A stretch of 43,286 nt of DNA. It comes from a virus. Lineage: Duplodnaviria; Caudoviricetes. Position 1 is the stretch's first letter, and each line of letters starts with the position of its first letter. The position numbers and the translations under genes were made by a program. The notes beneath the pieces were generated by a model that did not search any database, had not been told where the DNA came from, and saw only the letters and a list, made by a program, of their open reading frames with translations. Shown one piece after another: positions 37,071 to 43,286 of this stretch. The stretch covers positions 1 through 43,286 of the IMG/VR virus record IMGVR_UViG_3300017963_000120; one strand, given 5' to 3'.

Positions 37071-37559
37071 CTAATTTTTAAATAGACTTTGACCAAACGC
37101 ATAACCGGCACCACCAACAACAGGTGTGAGTATGCTCATTAAATCATCCCAAAAACTTCCTTCCTGTGCTTCTTTGGCAAGTTGATATTGTTTATGTGCC
37201 ATTCTGTTTTGAAATGCTTGTTGCACTCCCTGCCTGTTATATTCTTCAATCCATTTCATTAAATCAAAACCGCCCTTTTCCAGTGCCATACCGGACCTAT
37301 AATCCACGCCACGCAATGATGCAGCTCGGGCAGGATCACTTGCCATTGACAGGACAGACTGCTCGGTTGCAACATTCCGGGCAGTAGCAGTTTGAGTACC
37401 TATAACTTTCATTAACTGTTCCCAAAAGGATTGCTGCTCATCCGGTCCTATTTGAAATGTGCTTGCACTCAAAGGATTTTGATATCCTTCAGGTATTCTT
37501 GCTCTACCACGCCCTATACCATATGGATTCCTGCCACTCGGTAATTTTCTTTCTGCCAT
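37071..37559 (-). CDS. Putative ejection/pilot protein
   Basis: Gln/Ala-rich helical protein with C-terminal GGAG hydrophobic tail; position after the nozzle gene. Confidence 0.55.
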   Translation of the reverse strand: MAERKLPSGRNPYGIGRGRARIPEGYQNPLSASTFQIGPDEQQSFWEQLMKVIGTQTATARNVATEQSVLSMASDPARAASLRGVDYRSGMALEKGGFDLMKWIEEYNRQGVQQAFQNRMAHKQYQLAKEAQEGSFWDDLMSILTPVVGGAGYAFGQSLFKN

Positions 37560-37570
37560 TTTATTTACCT

Positions 37571-37714
37571 CTATGCATCTTGTTTATTGTTTTCTAAACG
37601 TTGCAATTCCTGCTCAATCTTTTCCTTCAATAGTTTTAATTGCTCAACCAATTTTTGCAAATCCACATCCTTTGTAGGAAAAGGTGTAATTTCTGGTAAT
37701 TTAATTGTAGCCAT
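37571..37714 (-). CDS. Small coiled-coil protein (47 aa, not in ORF track)
   Basis: MATIKLPEITPFPTKDVDLQKLVEQLKLLKEKIEQELQRLENNKQDA; fills the gap directly after the nozzle gene. Confidence 0.65.
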   Translation of the reverse strand: MATIKLPEITPFPTKDVDLQKLVEQLKLLKEKIEQELQRLENNKQDA

Positions 37715-39940
37715 CTAAAAATTCCTCGGCTCTCCAAAAACCTGCAATTCGGATACTTCAACATCATTTGCGCTTGCACTGGATGATATTTCCACTTCCA
37801 GTTCCTTTGATACTTTTCGCATAATTGCAGAGTTATTGGATAATAATGTTAATGAATCACCACTACCCTGATCATGGATAGCAGTCAGTGAGACAGTATC
37901 ATCACTTGTATAGGACAATCTGATTTTATCCCACCATGTCTTTATATCGCCTGCCAGTTCATTTCTTAGCAGTTTTAATTTTACGTACAGGTCACATGTT
38001 TCAGTAGGTGTGCTATTATTCCAATCAATTATTTTAGTGGCTGATCCGGTTAAAAGATGTACATCATGTGCAATACAATTTGATTTTATTGCCGTATCAG
38101 TATCCATTAATAGCCAAGGCAGTATTCCTTTTGTAAGATCAAAACTTTTTAAATCAAATATTGCCACAAAACCGGCAGTATATGGTGCTGTGGTATAATC
38201 CGGGAAAGAATAAAAAACTAACTGGTGCTTTGAATCATATGATACAACACATCCCTCTTTTTGTGCATCGGTCAAATTATCGTCTTTTGTTCCACCCCAC
38301 CATTCAATAAGATCAACACCAATGTCAATAAATTCTCTGCCCCTCATCATCCATGCACCAAGATAGTCAAATCCAAACACCATTTGATCTGATACCTTAA
38401 ACCAACCTTTTTGATTTGTGCATCCACGATCTGAATAATTTTCTTCTTCAGTAACTTTTTTATTTCCGTACCAGTTAAATCTTTTTGATCCGTCACGATA
38501 GCAGACAATCACATCATTGCCTATCGGTATAACAGCCTGTGCATCTTTCGCAATTGTGACTTCATTTAGTACGGGTATTTGGTCCGGTGCATATGGTGCA
38601 GAGTAATATCCTTTATATTCATCGGTAGTTCCAAATATCCAATACACCTTATTGGCCTGCACACCTATTTTATATCTACGATCTGACAAACCGGTATCAC
38701 CGGCAAACTCATTTGATAAACCAAGATAGGCATACATTTCATCGGTCAGAAGTTTATGATGATTGTCATAATAAATTGGAAATTCATAATTGCCAGATAC
38801 TAACTCCCACCTTGCAAATATCTTTGTATCTACCGTCTGATTTTGCAATGCAGCAGCACCGGCAGCAGATAGAGGATACTGCACCTTTGTACCGTTTTCT
38901 ACACGTGGAGAACTAAGCCTGTATTCATACTCGGTACCGGAATATATAAAACGGATATATAATTCATATAAGGTGAATGTTTCCCAATTGGCAAAATCAT
39001 CTGAAAATTCGATATAAGTAGGTGGATTAGCATTTTCAAATGTGCCCTGCTTTGACATGATCACCGGCCCATCATCAAGTAATGATATGCGCTCTAAAAA
39101 GTAAGCAGGCATTTTAAGAAGATCACTTGAACCATATTCACCCACATCGGCAACAAACACATCAATTGCCGTTAGTCTTTTAAGATTAGACTGATTTGCA
39201 GTAGGAATTTGCAGCGTATATCTGATAAATCCGTAATCATCAAATTGTGGTATTTCAAGTGCAACCCGGTTATATAGTGAATGATCATCGTCAATATATG
39301 GTAATCCTTTCTGGTATCCGTCAAGGACCGGTACCATATAAATGATATATGTATCACTGGTCAAACCTGTGGTTGCCACCTGTGATGCACCACTTCCAAA
39401 ATCGGTGACACCTGATTTGAAAAGGTCCGTAAATGCATCATTATAAAATTGCCGGTCAGCATAGCGACCGGCAGCGATTGCAACAGAACTTGAGGCATTT
39501 GGAAAACGTGTTCTTGCCGGGATATAGCCATACCAAAATGGTTCATCGGTTGCAGCATTTAAGCCTGCACCTGATCTAATTTCCTTGCGCCATAATGATG
39601 GATACATTTGATCAATGGTGCTACCGCCCGGCCTTTCATCATTTGTAATTGCACCAATAGCACCATAACCACCGGAATATATTGATCTTTCAAGGTCCGA
39701 TCCGTCCTGAAGAAGTAATATCCTTTCATTATTCTGGTTGATAAACTCAATCATACTTTTAAGATCAGTCAATCCGGTAGTCAAAACATCCGCATATCTC
39801 GGCCTTTTCTTTATAACACCAAGTTTTTTAGAAAGCACACCATTCCTAAGAGATTGAACCAGCGCCACCGGCAGTTTTTCTTTCTGAATCAAAGAAGATT
39901 GTCCACCCCAAAAATTTATGTCATACAGTTTTTGTGACAT
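37715..39940 (-). CDS. Tail nozzle/stabilisation protein (P22 gp10 / tubular protein B-like)
   Basis: 741 aa, beta-rich; F.GG...L.N....G.I.KR N-terminus, GC...W propeller motifs; podovirus gene order. Confidence 0.65.
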   Translation of the reverse strand: MSQKLYDINFWGGQSSLIQKEKLPVALVQSLRNGVLSKKLGVIKKRPRYADVLTTGLTDLKSMIEFINQNNERILLLQDGSDLERSIYSGGYGAIGAITNDERPGGSTIDQMYPSLWRKEIRSGAGLNAATDEPFWYGYIPARTRFPNASSSVAIAAGRYADRQFYNDAFTDLFKSGVTDFGSGASQVATTGLTSDTYIIYMVPVLDGYQKGLPYIDDDHSLYNRVALEIPQFDDYGFIRYTLQIPTANQSNLKRLTAIDVFVADVGEYGSSDLLKMPAYFLERISLLDDGPVIMSKQGTFENANPPTYIEFSDDFANWETFTLYELYIRFIYSGTEYEYRLSSPRVENGTKVQYPLSAAGAAALQNQTVDTKIFARWELVSGNYEFPIYYDNHHKLLTDEMYAYLGLSNEFAGDTGLSDRRYKIGVQANKVYWIFGTTDEYKGYYSAPYAPDQIPVLNEVTIAKDAQAVIPIGNDVIVCYRDGSKRFNWYGNKKVTEEENYSDRGCTNQKGWFKVSDQMVFGFDYLGAWMMRGREFIDIGVDLIEWWGGTKDDNLTDAQKEGCVVSYDSKHQLVFYSFPDYTTAPYTAGFVAIFDLKSFDLTKGILPWLLMDTDTAIKSNCIAHDVHLLTGSATKIIDWNNSTPTETCDLYVKLKLLRNELAGDIKTWWDKIRLSYTSDDTVSLTAIHDQGSGDSLTLLSNNSAIMRKVSKELEVEISSSASANDVEVSELQVFGEPRNF

Positions 39941-40665
39941 TATTTCGTATACTCCAAACTTGAACCAAAACCATCAATTTGATAATGTATATCAAACTCC
40001 GTCATTAATATATCACCTGAATGATTATCACCTGAAGATGCACCAAGCCTTGACAATTTCATTTTTATGACACTGGATAATGTTTTACCGGTACCGTCAA
40101 GTGTACCTATGCCTGTCAACTGGTGCAAGGTGCCTGATGTATAACTTTGTGAATTTCCGCTATCTTTAACTGTACTCCAACTGCCCGGAACAGCACCACC
40201 GACATTTGCCCATTTATACTGCAACTGCCAGACAACTGAATCATCGGCAGACTGTTCCCAATGTACATGTGCCTCAACATCCGATCCTTCACGCCATGCA
40301 TGTGGCAACTGTGCAATAATTGTAATGCTCTCAGTTTGAGAATCATCAAAAAGCCAACCGACATTTGTCGTATCATACTCCGGTACCGCAGCATTCTGGT
40401 TTTGTGGAGAAAGTGCAGATGCAGGAAAACGAAGATCATCCCAAAAATAACCGGATACCTCAAAGTCTTTTGTAATGATCATATCACCGGAAACAGTGAC
40501 AATATCATTTTGTGTATCTACATTGAATATATTATTACCGTCTTTATCCTGCACAGTAAATATATTTGCCAAATCCGCTTTTGGTGATATGGTCAGTGAC
40601 ATTATTTGCTGACCGATAACAATTCCCACAATCACAAGTATAAATATTATGATTTTATTTTTCAT
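39940..40665 (-). CDS. Tail-fibre-tip-like protein with signal peptide
   Basis: MKNKIIIFILVIVGIVIG|QQI; C-terminal WDDLRFP...QLPH.W.EG...HVHW...FDIHYQID..GS..EY.K jelly-roll-like domain. Confidence 0.65.
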   Translation of the reverse strand: MKNKIIIFILVIVGIVIGQQIMSLTISPKADLANIFTVQDKDGNNIFNVDTQNDIVTVSGDMIITKDFEVSGYFWDDLRFPASALSPQNQNAAVPEYDTTNVGWLFDDSQTESITIIAQLPHAWREGSDVEAHVHWEQSADDSVVWQLQYKWANVGGAVPGSWSTVKDSGNSQSYTSGTLHQLTGIGTLDGTGKTLSSVIKMKLSRLGASSGDNHSGDILMTEFDIHYQIDGFGSSLEYTK

Positions 40666-41378
40666 CAGTCATTATCTCCCGTATAATAATAATCACCGTT
40701 GACATCAGCAGTAAAGTTTTCAAGGCCAATCCAATGATCCACGATATCATATTTATTTCCGTCACCTTCTAATCCAAACCAATATGACCTGACACCGCCC
40801 AAATTTCTACGTGGTATTTTCCATCTTGCTTTTTCAGCATAAAATTCAAGTGCCTGTTCATATGTCATTTTTTCAAATCCACCGCCATAATCAATACGTA
40901 ACGCAACTTTAATTAAGTTTTCCAAATCAATTAACACGTTATCCGGTATATCAAGCTCATCAGTTGGATTAACCAAACCGTCAAGGTTTCTGATATAATG
41001 CAAATCAAGCTGTACACCTTCGGTTGGTGCAGTCTTTAATATTATTCTGCCACTGTTATTAATATCATCATTTACAAATGAATATTTTTGGCTTTGCCAT
41101 GCATCATCTTCATATTTGAAACTAATTACTTTTGCAATCGGTCCTTGCAAAAGGTAATTAGTATAGCTTGAATCTTCCGCATGTGTTGCACCGGTTTCTT
41201 TAAAATATCTTTCCCACCTTAATGGAACAGCCAGATTAAAATCCTGTGCTATCCGATTAAACTCACGCAGAAAATCCGCATCCACAAGTAAATCCAAAAC
41301 CTCTTTACCTAAATGCACCAACAGATAAGGCTCAAGCCTGTCATATAAATTTTGTAATGTAGTAGCCAATTTTACCAC
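40665..41378 (-). CDS. Putative head-tail adaptor/connector
   Basis: Helical N-terminus, NYLL, Y...L....DELDIP pattern; position. Confidence 0.5.
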   Translation of the reverse strand: MVKLATTLQNLYDRLEPYLLVHLGKEVLDLLVDADFLREFNRIAQDFNLAVPLRWERYFKETGATHAEDSSYTNYLLQGPIAKVISFKYEDDAWQSQKYSFVNDDINNSGRIILKTAPTEGVQLDLHYIRNLDGLVNPTDELDIPDNVLIDLENLIKVALRIDYGGGFEKMTYEQALEFYAEKARWKIPRRNLGGVRSYWFGLEGDGNKYDIVDHWIGLENFTADVNGDYYYTGDND

Positions 41379-41987
41379 CTATTTTTTTGCAAAGGCCAGT
41401 GCTTCTTGTAATGCTTTTTCTGCAAGATCATGCCTTTGTGGTACCGAAGAAAAATATTCCGAAACGATAAAAAGAATAAGCATTTCATCACCAAGTTCAT
41501 CAAACACTGTACCATTTGAACCGTCAATTGTCGGATGTGCTTTGATATAATCAAAACGCCCGGTAGTTAAGGTTGTGGGTAATACAAACACGTGTGAACC
41601 GATAAAAGCAATAGGTCTGTTTTCAGTAGGAGTTAGTAAAAAGTTAGAAGAATCAAACCTTCTAAAATCCTCAGATGTTTCAAGTATTCTTGTTTTTCTA
41701 TTGGATGCAGAAGTACCGGTAACACGTAATGCAACCGGCCTCTGATATGTAGAAGGTAAGTTTGCTCTTCTGTCAGTATTTGAAGTGGTAAATGTGAGAG
41801 ATTCACTCGGTACGAAAAGAGAAGGAAAGTGCACATTGTGATCTAACAACTCAATCACTTGAGCGCATTTTTCTTGCGCCCAAGTATTGATTGAGTTATC
41901 ATGTAAATCATCAACTAACGGAGTAGCTAAGTCTGCACGTATCCTTGTCTTTACACGTGTATATATTGTAGCACGTGATATCGACAT
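41379..41987 (-). CDS. Putative head-tail adaptor (tubular protein A-like)
   Basis: I..RV..RI...IN.W, LPS.Y, DY...P pattern; position after the capsid genes. Confidence 0.55.
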   Translation of the reverse strand: MSISRATIYTRVKTRIRADLATPLVDDLHDNSINTWAQEKCAQVIELLDHNVHFPSLFVPSESLTFTTSNTDRRANLPSTYQRPVALRVTGTSASNRKTRILETSEDFRRFDSSNFLLTPTENRPIAFIGSHVFVLPTTLTTGRFDYIKAHPTIDGSNGTVFDELGDEMLILFIVSEYFSSVPQRHDLAEKALQEALAFAKK

Positions 41988-42012
41988 AATCCCCCCTTAT
42001 TTTATTTAAGGT

Positions 42013-42564
42013 TTAGGGATTTGTCGTTGACTTCTTTGCTTTGCTGCCTACATATATCGGTTGACCAGTAGGACCAACATCGATAACATCTTTCTTCAAA
42101 TGCAAATTGATCCACAAATATGTATCACTCGGATTGCCTGTCTGACCGTCAACTTCAATGATCATCCATTTATTCACATGGAATTTAAGATCATCCGTAC
42201 CACTGTTTATGCCTATCGTGTCATATTTAGCAGTGGTTGTACAGTTATCCAGATCAGCAGGTGTTGTGGATTCCCACGTAGCCAAGTCCTGTGAAAAATG
42301 ATATATAATATTTGCATCTTCAGTACCGGTACCGTTATACATATCCACCGACACCCTACCGTCAACATCATTGCAGTCACCAATAAACAAAGGTGGAGAA
42401 TGGTAGCTTCCGGTAGAATCAGCCATTGCAGCAGTCTGGAATTTATAGTGTACGTAACTCACACCTTCCTGAATGGTCACAGTAGGTTGATTATAGTTAT
42501 CGGCAGCAACAAGCAGCAAAAAGAATGCAACAAGAATAATCGGATATATTAATTTTTTAAACAT
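42013..42564 (-). CDS. Signal-peptide-bearing beta-rich protein in the head module (decoration-like)
   Basis: MFKKLIYPIILVAFFLLLVAA|DNY; GAGGT RBS; lies between the capsid and adaptor genes. Confidence 0.65.
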   Translation of the reverse strand: MFKKLIYPIILVAFFLLLVAADNYNQPTVTIQEGVSYVHYKFQTAAMADSTGSYHSPPLFIGDCNDVDGRVSVDMYNGTGTEDANIIYHFSQDLATWESTTPADLDNCTTTAKYDTIGINSGTDDLKFHVNKWMIIEVDGQTGNPSDTYLWINLHLKKDVIDVGPTGQPIYVGSKAKKSTTNP

Positions 42565-42602
42565 TTTGCTTACCTCATCGGTTTATAAACTACATGAATA
42601 TG

Positions 42603-43076
42603 CTATTTCTTTTCAGTTTCCGAAACACCAAGAAGGTTTTCTATTTCCGTAATAAGTGCAGCATTGGTTTTTTCCTTCTTACCATCCATAACGGAAATGC
42701 CGACCTGATTAGCAAATTCAAATAGATCATCTTTAGTTTTGTTTTTTAAACCCAATTCCACAAGGCCAGATGCAAGACTTATTTTCAAATTTTCAACAAA
42801 CTCAGCAGCTTTGGCAAGTCTTTTTTCTTCCTCAAGCTCATCGGCAGTTTTTAGCCTGCTAATGGATTTGTTAAAACGTGGATGATTTTCAACTGCTTTA
42901 ATAATTGCAGTATCCGTTTTTTTAAGTCTTGCAAGTCCGTATTGTGGTTCACCGGGTTTTAAGGTGCTTGCCTCAAATGTTACGTTAGGCAAATCACCGG
43001 GCAGAGTTATTACCAATCCCGGAATTTGTGAACGGTAAAATACTAACTCATCTGGATTAGGATTATGATCTAACAT
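42603..43076 (-). CDS. Capsid-downstream protein with C-terminal Rho-N/HeH-like motif
   Basis: LKNKTKDDLFEFANQVGI...TNAALITEI; GAGGGGG RBS. Confidence 0.6.
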   Translation of the reverse strand: MLDHNPNPDELVFYRSQIPGLVITLPGDLPNVTFEASTLKPGEPQYGLARLKKTDTAIIKAVENHPRFNKSISRLKTADELEEEKRLAKAAEFVENLKISLASGLVELGLKNKTKDDLFEFANQVGISVMDGKKEKTNAALITEIENLLGVSETEKK

Positions 43077-43102
43077 TTATACCCCCTCTAAAAGTTTATG
43101 TT

Positions 43103-43286
43103 TTAAGCAGCTTTATCCATCCATCCATGTGGCTCAAAACGGTCAACTTCAAGAGAATAAATGATCTGCCATTCATCGGCAACACCGGCTCTGTCATTTT
43201 CCTGAATATCAGTAAGCAGTCTCATAACTCCCTGTGATCCGTAAGGTCTGACACGTGCCCTCGTAGGATCAATGATAAGCCCGGCA
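43103..43286 (-). CDS. Major capsid protein, 3' end
   Basis: ...DEWQIIYSLEVDRFEPHGWMDKAA*, with the stop at 43105-43103, in frame with 1..1142. Confidence 0.85.
   Translation of the reverse strand, partial: AGLIIDPTRARVRPYGSQGVMRLLTDIQENDRAGVADEWQIIYSLEVDRFEPHGWMDKAA
43164..43286. repeat. Terminal direct repeat, copy 2
   Basis: Identical to nt 1-123. Confidence 0.97.

Noticed and set aside
1-43286. Stop-codon reassignment, diversity-generating retroelement, tRNA genes, introns or inteins
   Set aside because: Code 11 gives dense tiling with TAA, TAG and TGA all used as stops; no reverse transcriptase, template/variable repeat pair, T-loop motif or splicing motif was seen by eye.

Overview
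The window is an apparently complete, circularly permuted ~43.2 kb tailed-phage genome: nt 1-123 recur at 43164-43286, and the major capsid gene runs across that junction. It has a podovirus-like layout (no tape-measure gene) and essentially all genes lie on the minus strand. Recognisable modules are: packaging and head (TerS/TerL, P22-like portal, scaffold, DUF5309/SU10-like capsid); adaptors, nozzle and three ejection-type proteins, including a 2933-aa polyvalent protein; a GH108 lysis block; a lambda-O-like initiator with an internal 11-bp iteron array; a VRR-NUC nuclease; a Tad1-type anti-defence sponge; a PAPS-reductase-family gene; and a sugar-modification cluster (sulfotransferase, GT2, NDP-sugar epimerase, GT-B-like). 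No integrase was recognised. The most striking signal is that the presumptive virion appendage proteins (tail fibre/sialidase-like, LamG, fibre-tip-like and decoration-like) begin with Sec signal peptides, mostly exposing Gln at +1. Several are strongly enriched in the FCB-type O-glycosylation sequon D-(S/T)-(A/L/V/I/M/T), whereas core virion proteins lack signal peptides. This suggests periplasmic export and glycosylation of phage appendages (inference). All family calls come from motif recognition by eye; no database searches were run.
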